From positions 2,304,001 through 2,368,000 of the forward strand of contig OZ244621.1 of the NCBI GenBank assembly GCA_965218425.1: a stretch of 64,000 nucleotides of DNA. Reading direction: 5' to 3'. This document shows, piece by piece, positions 52,316 to 62,747 of this stretch. Position 1 is the first letter of the stretch. Each line of letters opens with the position of its first letter. Made by a program: the position numbers and the translations under genes. This DNA is from an uncultured Candidatus Binatia bacterium (GTDB lineage Bacteria; Desulfobacterota; Binatia; UBA9968; CAXXLF01). Below the pieces are notes generated by a model. That model had not been told where the DNA came from, searched no databases, and saw nothing but the letters and a program-made list of their open reading frames with translations.

Positions 52316-54846
52316 ATGGAATCACGGCGAACTCGAGCGGGAACCTTAGGAACTTTTAGGGGGGGTTCACTCCCAGCATCCTGACGATCCTTGGCATCAT
52401 ACTTTTTTTGCGCCTTGGCTATGTGGTTGGGAGTGTCGGACTTCGCGATGCTTTGGCAATTATTGCCCTGGCCAACTTGATATCCCTGCTCACCACCTTC
52501 TCGGTTTCTGCCGTGGCCACAAATCTCCGGGTTAAGGCGGGCGGTGACTACTACGTGATTTCCCGGACCCTCGGTCTGGGATTCGGTGGAGCCATCGGAC
52601 TTGTGTTGTTCCTTGCCCAGTCTATCTCGGTGGGTTTTTATGCCCTGGGCTTCGCGGAGGCTACTGCGAGGCTGTTTCCACAAACGGACGGGTACATGAC
52701 ACAGGGGATAGCGGGGTTGGCGGTGGTCTTCTTGTTTGTGCACGCATGGCTGGGTGCCGATTGGGCCACACGGTTCCAGTACGTCGTTATGGCCCCGATG
52801 ATCGCTGCCCTTACCGCTTTTACCTTTGGAGGGCTGGAACAATGGGACGCGAGTCTTGTGGAAGGTAACTGGTCGCCTCCCGATCATGCCATTCCATTTT
52901 GGGTCGCCTTTGCCGTCTTTTTCCCGGCGGTGACGGGTTTCACCCAAGGTGTTAGCATGTCCGGCGATCTTGCATCCCCTGGCCGAAGCATCCCCCTCGG
53001 TACATTTACTGCAGTGGGTCTTTCTGTGCTTGTCTATTTCGGCGCCGCGTTCCTATTCGCCGCCACCTTACCCAACCAGGTGCTGGTCCGCGACTACGAG
53101 GCCATGAAGGTCGTCTCAAGCTACGCTCCCCTCATCGACGCCGGCGTCATCGCGGCCACGCTCTCCTCGGCGCTGGCGTCCTTGCTGGGGGCTCCGCGAA
53201 TACTGCAAGCCATGGCCGCCGACCGTATTTTCCCGGCCCTGGTTTCATTCGCCCAAGGTAGCGGACCTGTGCACAATCCTCGGCGCGCCGTTTTGCTGAC
53301 CGGCTGCGTTGCTTTGTTGGTCATTGCCATGGGGAACCTAAACCTTGTGGCCGCGGTTGTCTCCATGCTCTTCCTGGTTTCCTACGGTCTTCTCAATTAC
53401 GCCACCTACTACGAGGCGCGCGCCGCGAGTCCTTCCTTTCGGCCCAGTTTTCGGTTGTACCACCATAAGCTCAGCCTGGCTGGCGGGTTGGTCTGCCTTG
53501 TGGCTATGCTTGCTATAGATCTCACTGCGAGTGCCGTTGCCCTTGCCATCGTCTTTGCCATTTACCAGTACCTGAAATTTCGTGCGGCGCCCGCACGTTG
53601 GGCAGATAGCCGTCGGTCCTATCACCTGCAACAGGTTCGCGAGCACCTCCTCGCTGCCGCTGAGGAGCCCGAGCACCCGCGGGACTGGCGGCCCGAATTC
53701 CTGGTCTTCTCAGACGATGCTCGGCGACGCGACCTTCTGCGTTTCACCCAGTGGGTTGAGGGTGGGGCGGGACTGACCACAGTTGTGCAGATTATCGAAG
53801 AACGGGGAACCGGGGTGCGCGAGAAGCGACAGGAAACTCTGACGACGCTCACCAAAGATATCCGCAGCTATAATTCCATGGCATTTCCCCTGGTGGTGTC
53901 CGCAGCGGACATTGACGATGCCGTGGGGGCTGTGGTCCAGGCGGCAGGCTTGGGGCCGATTCGGATCAATACCGTAGTTTCCAACTGGATGGGTGGTTCT
54001 CTGGATTTTATGAGCCGGACAGGGGAGAGTAGCCTGGGCGAGAACCTGCGCACGGCCTTCCGGCTTGGTTGCAACCTCTTGGTTGTAGACGCCCACGAGG
54101 TGGAGTGGACCGCACTGCAAAAGGTGCCACCTGCCGAACGCCTCATTCATGTATGGTGGTCGGACAATCGGTCGTCGGAGCTCATTCTGGTCCTTGCCTA
54201 CCTCATGACTCGAAGCGAGGAATGGGGGGACGCGAAGATCCGTGTCCTCGCGGCACGCCGTGAGGGAGAGTCCGGCGATGCGCGTCTTGAGGAGGTCCGC
54301 CGCATGCTGGAAGAGGTACGCATCGAAGCTGAACCTGTCCTGGTGGGTGAGGCCAACAATGAAGTGCTCAAGGAGCAATCCCGCGATGCATCGGTGGTTT
54401 TTCTCCCTTTTCGGATCTATGGCGGGCGCTTTTATCACCCCTTTGGCGGTGAGGTTACCGGTGTCCTGCCGGATTTGCCCATTGTCGTGCTCTCACTAGC
54501 GGCACAGGATGTCGATCTGAGCGCCGGGCCGGAGGAAGGAGCCCAGGGAGAAGTCGCTTCTGCCCTCGACCGCGTTGAAGACGCGGAAAAGGAATTGGAA
54601 AAGCTCGAGGCCGAAGCCGCGAGCGCGGCAAAGGCGGCAGGGGATATAAATGCGGAACTCGCCACCCTATTGAGTAAAGGGGCCAAGGAAGATGCAATTT
54701 CCCAGAAACGTATCCAGGCGGAAAATGCTCGACAGGCTTCCCGAGACGCCATGCATCGAGTGGAACGTGCCGCTTCGGCCAAGGAAACGGCAGCTAAGGA
54801 AGCCGCAGAGAAGGGAACTGACGTTATGGCTGATGACAAAGACTAG
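52316..54846 (+). CDS. Amino acid permease / cation-chloride cotransporter (SLC12)-like protein; frameshift in a G7 run near 52360
   Basis: LGTF..G / FTPSILTILGIILFLR, GGDYYVISRTLG, FFPAVTG, MSGDL, APRILQA, DWRP, plus a C-terminal regulatory domain. Confidence 0.85.
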
Positions 54847-54879
54847 GGACAAGAGAATGACAAAGATCCTCTCCGCTGC

Positions 54880-55701
54880 TCATACCCCGTCACCGAGGTG
54901 TTCATCGCTTACGACCAAGTCAGCCTCCACCTTCGTGACACCGGGGACTCCTTTGACGAGATCGATGATTGCTTCCTCAGAGGTCCATTTAAACAGGACA
55001 CCTGATAGCTTGACTTCGCCCTTATTTGCACGCACCTCGATTCCCAGGTTGCGAAAATCCGGTGTCATGACAATGGTGCCTTGTACCCTGGCGGCGAGAG
55101 TTAAATCCTGAAAATCCTGTTCAGAGCTCTCTGTGGACTGAAACTCCTCGAGTTGGGCAACCTCAACGATTATGTTTTTTGCCGCCTTCAAACTAATCCG
55201 CTCCAGATTAAGAATGAGGTCGTATCGACTGGAATCGTGCAAGTCGGTGTCAAACAACGCCCTGATCCGCCGGCTTCGAGCCTGATCGACTTCTTCAATA
55301 TATTTCCGTGCGGCCACCTCGGTTAGTCCCTGACGCGACCGGATCTGTTCAATGCGGAATTCCATCGACGCTGTGAGCATTATCTTAAGTACATGGCGGA
55401 TTCCGGGCAGAAGTTCATGGCCCATGTGGCCATGGTAGACGATGTTTCCTCCTTGCGACATTTCGCACATGGCTGCTTGTAGGGCGATTCGATAGGGCTG
55501 GAGGTTCTCCAGCCACCGTTCCCACCAGTTGGGTTCGCGTTCGAGGATCTGATTTAGTTTCGCCTCGGGAATCGTAAAGCGCTGGCTCGCTTCCCTAAGC
55601 ACCTCTCGGCTGACACAGCGGTAGCGGAGGGTTTGCGCCACCTGTTGCGCCAATGCTTCACCACTGCCAGAGGCACCTTGGTAAATAGTAATGATAGGCA
55701 T
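54880..55701 (-). CDS. Cytidylate kinase-like family protein with C-terminal BON domain
   Basis: IITI...SGSG..LA..VA..L, YDLILN; C-terminal 'IEVRANKGEVKLSG...VPGVTKV'. Confidence 0.82.
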   Translation of the reverse strand: MPIITIYQGASGSGEALAQQVAQTLRYRCVSREVLREASQRFTIPEAKLNQILEREPNWWERWLENLQPYRIALQAAMCEMSQGGNIVYHGHMGHELLPGIRHVLKIMLTASMEFRIEQIRSRQGLTEVAARKYIEEVDQARSRRIRALFDTDLHDSSRYDLILNLERISLKAAKNIIVEVAQLEEFQSTESSEQDFQDLTLAARVQGTIVMTPDFRNLGIEVRANKGEVKLSGVLFKWTSEEAIIDLVKGVPGVTKVEADLVVSDEHLGDGV

Positions 55702-56000
55702 TTGATTCTACCTCCTGCTTGTTTGAGGTCTAACTTCTGCATCACTTTTTACGAGCAATCATTGTGCAATAGAGTCGTAAGGGAGTCAGACCGCTTCCCA
55801 CGCGACACTATACCAAGTGTTGTTAATGTGCAAAACCCTGTTGCGCGGTTGCCTCGCCCCCCTCGCTCGCCTATCATTATAACAAAGACAATCGCATGAT
55901 GGCCTACTGTCAATTATGAAATAGCCCAATTTCCTAATCCTGGCCTCTTTTGCGTCTGGTCGATCCAATTTGAGTCTAATCCAAAAATAATGGAGATACT

Positions 56001-57416
56001 GTGCGCAGGACAAAAATTGTTTGTACCATAGGCCCCGCCACCGAAACCCCGGCAAAGCTTCGCGCCATCATCAAGGCAGGAGCGGATGTTCTGAGGCTCA
56101 ACTATTCTCATGAGACTCCAGAAGAACACAACACCAGGGCCGAGACGATTCGAGGTGTCGCAGCAGAGTTGGGAAAACCGGTGGCCATACTTCAGGACTT
56201 GCCCGGACCGAAAATCCGGCTGGGCAAATTTCGCGACGGGAGTATCGAACTCAGCAATGGAGATTTATTTACCCTGACCACTGAGCGGTTTGAGGGTGAC
56301 CAGGGACGGGCTTCGGTAAATTATTCCAAACTTGCAACCGAGGTGCGCGCAGGACAGACCGTCCTTCTCGCCGACGGCAATGTAGAACTGAAAATCGAAT
56401 CGGTCAGCAAATCAGAAATCCATTGCCGTGTCATTTCAGGCGGTGTCCTGTCAAACCATAAGGGTGTCAATGTCCCGCGGGGTGCCTTTAGCATCGGGGC
56501 GTTTACCCCGCAGGATCGAAAGTTGCTTTTGGCAGGTCTCGAAACCGGAGTGGATATGTCTGCCCTCTCTTTCGTGCGATCTTCGGCTGACATCGCGTCC
56601 GCCCGGCGATTTTTAAAGACCCATAAAGCAGATATTCCCCTCATGGCCAAAATCGAAAAGCCAGAGGCGGTGGATGCCATTGACGATGTCATAGAAGCCG
56701 TGGATGCAGCGATGGTTGCCCGCGGTGACCTGGGGGTTGAGATACCTGCGGCGGAAGTCCCTCTTGTCCAGAAAGACGTCATCGCCAAGTCTATCACCGC
56801 TGCAAAACCGGTGGTGACTGCGACTCAGATGCTTCGATCCATGGTGGAAAGCCCGCGGCCCACTCGCGCAGAGGCCGCCGATGTGGCCAATGCGGTACTC
56901 GATGGCACCGACGCTGTGATGCTCTCTGAAGAAACAGCGGTGGGGTCGTACCCCGTTGAAGCGGTGAGGACAATTGCCCGAATTGCTGAGAAGGCTGAAA
57001 CCCGCTTGTTCGTTCAACCTCCGTTGACAACCCTACCCGAACCAGGTCCGGGCAACTATTCGGAGGCCATCGGCCATGCGGCCTGTTTGCTGGCGTACAG
57101 TGCCGGTGCACAGGCCATCATTTGCTGCACAAGAACGGGAAGGACCGCACAGTTGGTTGCGAAACACCGCTCCCGGACTCCGATCATCGCCGTGAGCCCT
57201 AGGCGGGAAACCGTTCGTCGTCTGATGTTGACCTGGGGAGTGTTTCCTCTTCTTTCGGACGACTTTCAATCCACAAACGGTATGGTTTCCATGTCGCTGA
57301 ATTTGGCACGTGAATCGGGCATGGCCTCCAAGGGTAACAGGGTGGTTGTTGTGGGAGGTGCCGTTTCGACTCAGCCCGGACAAACGGACTTTCTACGCGT
57401 TTCGGTGGTGCCGTGA
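56001..57416 (+). CDS. pyk: Pyruvate kinase
   Basis: RRTKIVCTIGPA, DLPGPKIR, AKIEK, MVARGDLGVE, TATQML.SM, DAVMLS.ETA.G.YP. Confidence 0.97.
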   Translation: MRRTKIVCTIGPATETPAKLRAIIKAGADVLRLNYSHETPEEHNTRAETIRGVAAELGKPVAILQDLPGPKIRLGKFRDGSIELSNGDLFTLTTERFEGDQGRASVNYSKLATEVRAGQTVLLADGNVELKIESVSKSEIHCRVISGGVLSNHKGVNVPRGAFSIGAFTPQDRKLLLAGLETGVDMSALSFVRSSADIASARRFLKTHKADIPLMAKIEKPEAVDAIDDVIEAVDAAMVARGDLGVEIPAAEVPLVQKDVIAKSITAAKPVVTATQMLRSMVESPRPTRAEAADVANAVLDGTDAVMLSEETAVGSYPVEAVRTIARIAEKAETRLFVQPPLTTLPEPGPGNYSEAIGHAACLLAYSAGAQAIICCTRTGRTAQLVAKHRSRTPIIAVSPRRETVRRLMLTWGVFPLLSDDFQSTNGMVSMSLNLARESGMASKGNRVVVVGGAVSTQPGQTDFLRVSVVP

Positions 57417-58026
57417 ACCGAAGCAGAATTACTTACCGATCGTGACGGGTAGCCCAAATCCGCTGGCATCTGTGCCGATGGCTTGAACAAATGGGGCATT
57501 AACACCAAAGCTTGCGATCCCCATCCGTTATTGGGGCGGACAGTTCAGTCATTCAGACGGTTTCTGGGAATTCCTTTTTGTGCTTTTCATCAGGATTTCC
57601 CTGGCCGGCTCCCCGCAAGAACGAATACATAAGCCAACAGAGGGAGATGTCTAGAACACCTCGTAAGTAAAATTACAAACTCTAAATCCGAAACTCCAAA
57701 CCGTTTGTTGGAATCACTAACATGCAAAACAAAAGTATCAACAGGTTTGTCTTGGACGCTGGGAATTTCGTATTTGCAAGATATGCCTGAGCGTTTATTA
57801 AACGTGTTGATCATTAATAATTTGAGGTTTTGGAATTGTTTAGGATTTCGTGCTTCGGATTTTGGATTTTAATTCGGAGCCACCTCAGCTTCACACTGAG
57901 CGAATAGGATAGGGATGCTGGTACAGGCAAGCGGGGTTATGAGCAAAAACCATCATTTCTTGTTAGAGTTGAAATCTACAGGAATCGCGTGACAGCGAAA
58001 ACGAATACTCAAGGAGAATAGAGACT

Positions 58027-58974
58027 ATGCCAAATATTTTGCTGGAAAAAGTTTTGAAATTATTTGCAGATGTAGGTCTGGATATTGCTGATTCGGCGCT
58101 GCGTATCATTCTGGTTATTGTTGCAGGTTACATCATCTCAAAGGTGGTAAGGGTGGCGGTTAGACGCCTGGAAGCCGTTTTGATTCGCTTGGGAGAGAGC
58201 AGCGACGATGTTCCGGGCGCTACCAGCAAGCGGGTCACCACTCTAATGAACGTCCTTCGGACTATTGCTGTGGTAATCATCTGGAGTGTAGTGGTGGTGC
58301 TTACTCTGGAACAGATTGGCTTTGCCGTGGGGCCCATCCTGGCCGCTGCTGGGGTGGTGGGCCTTGCTGTCGGCTTTGGTGCGCAGAATCTGGTTCGTGA
58401 CGTCATCAGTGGCTTCTTCATTATTCTTGAAAATCAGATTCGGGTCGGTGACGTGGCTATTATCAACGGCACGGGAGGGTTGGTTGAAGAGGTTACCTTT
58501 AGGACCGTTGTGCTGCGTGATCTATCGGCGGTTGTGCATGTGATTGAGAATGGGTCCATTAACGAGATTGCCAATCTAACAAAAGGATGGTCCGCCTACG
58601 TCATCGACGTCGGGGTGGCCTACAAGGAGGACACGGACAGGGTTACTGAAATGATGCGGCAGGTGGCCGATGAGATGAAGGCCGACCCTGACTATGGCCC
58701 ATCGATGCTCGACACAATCGAAATTTTTGGCGTGAACGAGTTTGCCGACTCGGCCGTGGTGATCAAAGCCAGGCTCAAGACGCAACCCATCAAACAGTGG
58801 GGAGTGGGACGCGAATATAGACGTAGACTCAAAAAGGCGTTTGATGCAAATGGCATTGAGATTCCTTTCCCTCACTTGTCCGTATACATGGGGGAGGCGA
58901 GTCGTCCGTTTGATGTTTTGATGAGGGAGGCGGCGGGTACGCCCAACGGATCGTCAACTGCGGCAGTTGTTTGA
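58027..58974 (+). CDS. Small-conductance mechanosensitive channel (MscS family, YbiO-like)
   Basis: GVVGLAVGFGAQNLVRD.ISGFF, Q.RVGD, GIEIPFP. Confidence 0.92.
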   Translation: MPNILLEKVLKLFADVGLDIADSALRIILVIVAGYIISKVVRVAVRRLEAVLIRLGESSDDVPGATSKRVTTLMNVLRTIAVVIIWSVVVVLTLEQIGFAVGPILAAAGVVGLAVGFGAQNLVRDVISGFFIILENQIRVGDVAIINGTGGLVEEVTFRTVVLRDLSAVVHVIENGSINEIANLTKGWSAYVIDVGVAYKEDTDRVTEMMRQVADEMKADPDYGPSMLDTIEIFGVNEFADSAVVIKARLKTQPIKQWGVGREYRRRLKKAFDANGIEIPFPHLSVYMGEASRPFDVLMREAAGTPNGSSTAAVV

Positions 58975-59079
58975 GATAAAAAATAAGCCGACGACGCAGA
59001 TGCTTCGGCAGTCGCTCAAAGGCCCCATCAGGCTGGTGCGACGCTTTTTTAGAAGACTGGGGCTATTGACGGCTTGAAC

Positions 59080-60110
59080 TTACTTGTGGTTGGTCCGGGA
59101 CTTTTTGTCGAGGGGTAGACGTGAGAGGATCGTTTTGGCGGTACTGGCCTTGCTGCTTTCGACGGCCACCAGGGGTTGGAGCCGCGATCCATCCTTCCCG
59201 GGGGCTTGCAGGATATCCTGTACGATCTTGCAGGCCATCTCTTCTCGTTGTTTTCGCGGGGTTTTGACCCTGCCGCCGGCAATCATGCCATTGCGCCGGC
59301 CGACCCTTTTGGGAGCAATGAATCCAGGAGACGACCTGCCTATGCGTTGGTGTCCCTGGTGCGCATGGACACATAGATAAATTCCTCGTGGGGTGCAATG
59401 CAGATGGACCACACGGCACTTTCCAATCGCATGAGGTAATCGGCCATCTCAGCCACAGCATCGGGGCAGAGAACGGATTCCAGCACGGCAACGGTGGTGT
59501 CGCCGTAGAGCAAGGCACTGTTTAAGGCCAGAGCGATCTAATCGAAGTAGTTATTATGGCTGAGCTGCGGTGTCTGAATGTCCCCGGGGAGACGCTTGTT
59601 TGCGTAAGGGTATAGAAACCGGCTTGCAACAATATCAGGGGGCATGGTTTCTCAACACAAGTGCTGCGTTTCCGATGATATTCCGTAGAAAAGGAAGGTA
59701 TTCAGTGACGATGGTGGACGTGGCCCCATGGCTCTCCCGGACGTCAACATAGGTCACGTCTCCGTTCCTGCCCCAATCCGGGTGGTGATCAATGACAACG
59801 GTGGGAGTGATTTCAGCCGGGAGGGCATTGTTTCCCCGCTGGGGTTGAGTATCCATCAAAATAACTGATCCCTGGAATTTAGGGAGGAGCTCACTGATCG
59901 GTACCAGCGGGATTTCTAAGGCTGACACCAGGGAGCGGTTTTCAGATCGACCGATGATGCCGCTTAATCCGATTAGGGGTGTTTTTTTCGAGTTTCTGGT
60001 GAATGAGATGCCGAAGCGCCGCAGCGCAGGCAAGAGAATCGGGATCGGGGTTGTCGTGGGGGAGAATTAGGATACCAATGGCTGATAGAAACTCCGGCAC
60101 CCCCGTGCCG
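59080..60110 (-). pseudogene. DHH/DHHA1 phosphoesterase pseudogene (multiple stops, frameshifts, deletion)
   Basis: HDNPDPDS, MDTQP, VIDHH, GATSTIVTEYL, then LFYGISSETQHLC*, ...YFD*..., SMRT..NA*AG, GSAG. Confidence 0.82.
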
Positions 60111-60199
60111 CATCTAGCGATGTTTGTCCCTTCTCCGTGAGCATCCTTAGTCCTGACCAAAGTCCCAATCGTGTTCCCGCAAGCGTCGACGGCAAACCT

Positions 60200-60646
60200 T
60201 CACTGTAAAACCTGTCCTTTGATAATCTTGTCTGTGGTGTCTGAAAGCAAGGGCTTTTCCAGCCTTTCCGGTTGCCCGTGATTTTGTTTTCTCACCCGTC
60301 CAATGGCAGGGTCTGCCATAAACGCCCTGTAACCGGTTCGAGCCAAGGTCAACATGTCGCCTTCCGCTACCAGGAGGTCGATTTCCGTAAGTTTCTTTCT
60401 GAAAGTTGCCAGGATGACGCCTTCAGCTGTTTGCACGGTCAAAAGCAGCCTATCACCTTTTCGCTGTTTTGACGTCACTGCTCCCTCGATACCCTCCAAA
60501 TCACCCCGGATCGCCGCAGGGAGATAGGGTTCAAGGAGGCGCGGACCCAGGACCGTACCCGTGATGCCAACAACCAGGCCTAGAAGGAAGGTTATGGCGA
60601 ACCCTCCCACCCGTTGGTGTGTCCCCATAGCTGCATTTTTCATCAC
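60200..60646 (-). CDS. Hypothetical membrane-anchored protein
   Basis: Single N-terminal TM segment; overlaps the upstream ORF stop (ATGA). Confidence 0.65.
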   Translation of the reverse strand: MMKNAAMGTHQRVGGFAITFLLGLVVGITGTVLGPRLLEPYLPAAIRGDLEGIEGAVTSKQRKGDRLLLTVQTAEGVILATFRKKLTEIDLLVAEGDMLTLARTGYRAFMADPAIGRVRKQNHGQPERLEKPLLSDTTDKIIKGQVLQ

Positions 60647-60903
60647 TCGGGCTTGGGGGAAGGATTGGTATCGGGCTCCTTGTCAGGCTCCGCACTCGAT
60701 GGTGGTGGGGCAGTTTTGTTTTTCCCCCTGACTGCTTGTCCGAACCGGTCGAGCATATCGGCGGTTCGATCCCTCAGGGGTTCGGACCTAGAATTGAGGG
60801 TTTCAACTTTCTGACGGAGTTCCCTTATGCCGCCGGTCCGTTGAAATGCAATCACGGCCATCACCAATGCGACCAGTGCTATTAGTAGCGTCAACGCCTC
60901 CAT
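60643..60903 (-). CDS. Small hypothetical membrane protein
   Basis: N-terminal TM segment, coiled-coil-like stretch, Pro-rich tail; RBS GGAGG. Confidence 0.6.
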   Translation of the reverse strand: MEALTLLIALVALVMAVIAFQRTGGIRELRQKVETLNSRSEPLRDRTADMLDRFGQAVRGKNKTAPPPSSAEPDKEPDTNPSPKPE

Positions 60904-61259
60904 TTTTTGCTGCCCTCCAAATTCTAGACCAGTCGTCCAGCGGGGTTCATTCAGATCAAAAGTTGATCGGGGTTTATGGTCCGTCTAACTTAAAAGATTA
61001 TCTGAAAATGAGTCGTCAAGTCAACCTAGATTGTGTATGGAAAATAATGAAGGAACGGGAAAATTGCTCCTATGACCAACCAAGGACTGTGGAGAACCCC
61101 CTCTATGTTGGCGTAAAACAAGACTGAGATGAGATTTTCATTGCTCGCGTTGTCTTTCCGATTCTGACCCGACGGAAAGTGACAGCTCGGTGCAATTTGA
61201 CCCATCTCGGCGCTTGGGTTGGGCGTCAAGCTGGCTAAGGGGGGCCCACCCTGCCTTTC

Positions 61260-61744
61260 CATGGAAGAAGTTTCTCACTCAGGATGCGAGAAAGGCTTCG
61301 GTCCAGTTTCCGCGCTCCAACTGGCTCGGGAAGACTGTCTCCATCACCCTCGCCATTGCCCTTTGGTGTGTCTTTATCCCTGGATCCAAGATTCTTGAGG
61401 TGACCTACCAGATCCCGGTTGAAGTGGAGCATCTGCCGGCGAACTTGAAATTGGAGTCGGTGAAGCCGCCGAACATCAGCGTTGCCTTTGGGGCACTGAA
61501 TCGGGCGTTTTGCCTTTTCGAGCCCAAGAAGCTGGAAGCTTCCATAGATGCATCCCTGGCTGCCCTCGGAAGGAGAACCTTGCGGGTCTCAGAAGAGAAC
61601 CTCGCCTATCCCAAGAACCTGACGGTCAAAGGATTGAGTCCCACGGAGATTAAGATTTCGGTGAAGAAAAGGGATTCAAAAGCAGTCACGAGGGGAACGG
61701 AGCAAGCAAACCCCAAAAGAAAACTAAGTAAGGAAGGGTCATAG
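61260..61744 (+). pseudogene. YbbR/CdaR-like domain, probably a 3' remnant
   Basis: NWLGKTVSITLAIALW TM followed by 'IPVEVEHLPANL.L..V.P..ISV...' and 'SPTEIKISV'; no clear start or RBS. Confidence 0.6.
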
Positions 61745-62719
61745 ACGTAGTGCAAATTGAGCGGCACCAATGAGCGGTGCCTTGAGGTTCATGGCCACGT
61801 GGACCTCTGAGTTTCTCATCAGTTCAGAAAACCGGCCTTTATCAATAAATCCACTCACGAAACTGCCGTTCTGAAGGGTGGCAAGAATTTTCGGCGCGAT
61901 TCCTCCAGTAACAAAAGCACCTCCCACTGCAAGAAACTTTAGCACGAGATTTCCTGTCTCGGCCCCATAAATCGAGGAAAACAAATTGAGCGCCTCGGTG
62001 CACAAGGGAGCCTTACCGGCAAGCCCCACCTCTGAAATAACAGCCGGTGGGTCGTCGGATTCCTCTAATTGTTCGGCGAGCCATGGGGGTTCGATGCCCC
62101 GTCCACCATCCCGCAAGAACTGGTAGATGTTGTAAAGGCCATCACCCGAAAGCAATCTCTCATAACTCACATGACCTGCGAACTTTGGCAGGAGGCACCG
62201 GAGCAGATCCATCTCCTGGTCTGTACGCGGGGCAAAGTCTGCGTGCCCTCCCTCGGAGCCAATGGCATGGTGGGTTTTTCCGTCCCAGTAGAGGCAGGCC
62301 TCTCCTAGACCGGTGCCCGCGGCAATAACCGCGATATTGCCTTTTCTTTTGAGCCCCCTCTGTAGTACGGCAAGTTCCGTGGGAGGAAGGTGGCTCATGG
62401 CGTGAGCCGCCGCTTCTAGGTCGTTTATTAGCTTGACCCGAGGAACCTGCAGTTCGGCTGCGAGACTCGACTCGTCCAGTTCCCATGGAAGGTTAGTAGT
62501 CTTGGAGCGACCCTCCACAACGGGTCCGGCAACGCCAAAACAGGCACTGCGGAGCACCGGGCGGCTTTCTTTGCCAAAAAACCGTTGGAGGATCTCTTCG
62601 AGAGCACCGAACTCCTCGCTGGAGAAGGTCGCCTCACGGACTGAACGCAGGCGGCTTCCCTCTTGTTCGAACAAGCCAACGAGAGTTTTCGTCCCCCCTA
62701 CGTCACCCGCAAGAATCAT
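61739..62719 (-). CDS. glk: Glucokinase
   Basis: ILAGDVGGTKT, GVAGPV, TNLPW, LINDLEA, GTGLG, SEGGH, GGIAPKI. Confidence 0.96.
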   Translation of the reverse strand: MILAGDVGGTKTLVGLFEQEGSRLRSVREATFSSEEFGALEEILQRFFGKESRPVLRSACFGVAGPVVEGRSKTTNLPWELDESSLAAELQVPRVKLINDLEAAAHAMSHLPPTELAVLQRGLKRKGNIAVIAAGTGLGEACLYWDGKTHHAIGSEGGHADFAPRTDQEMDLLRCLLPKFAGHVSYERLLSGDGLYNIYQFLRDGGRGIEPPWLAEQLEESDDPPAVISEVGLAGKAPLCTEALNLFSSIYGAETGNLVLKFLAVGGAFVTGGIAPKILATLQNGSFVSGFIDKGRFSELMRNSEVHVAMNLKAPLIGAAQFALRL

Positions 62720-62747
62720 TCTGCTCTCTTCCAGTGGACCCTTTGGT

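Noticed and set aside
61100..61260. Diadenylate cyclase domain upstream of the YbbR-like region
   Set aside because: Only faint scraps; no DGA or RHR motif could be read with confidence.
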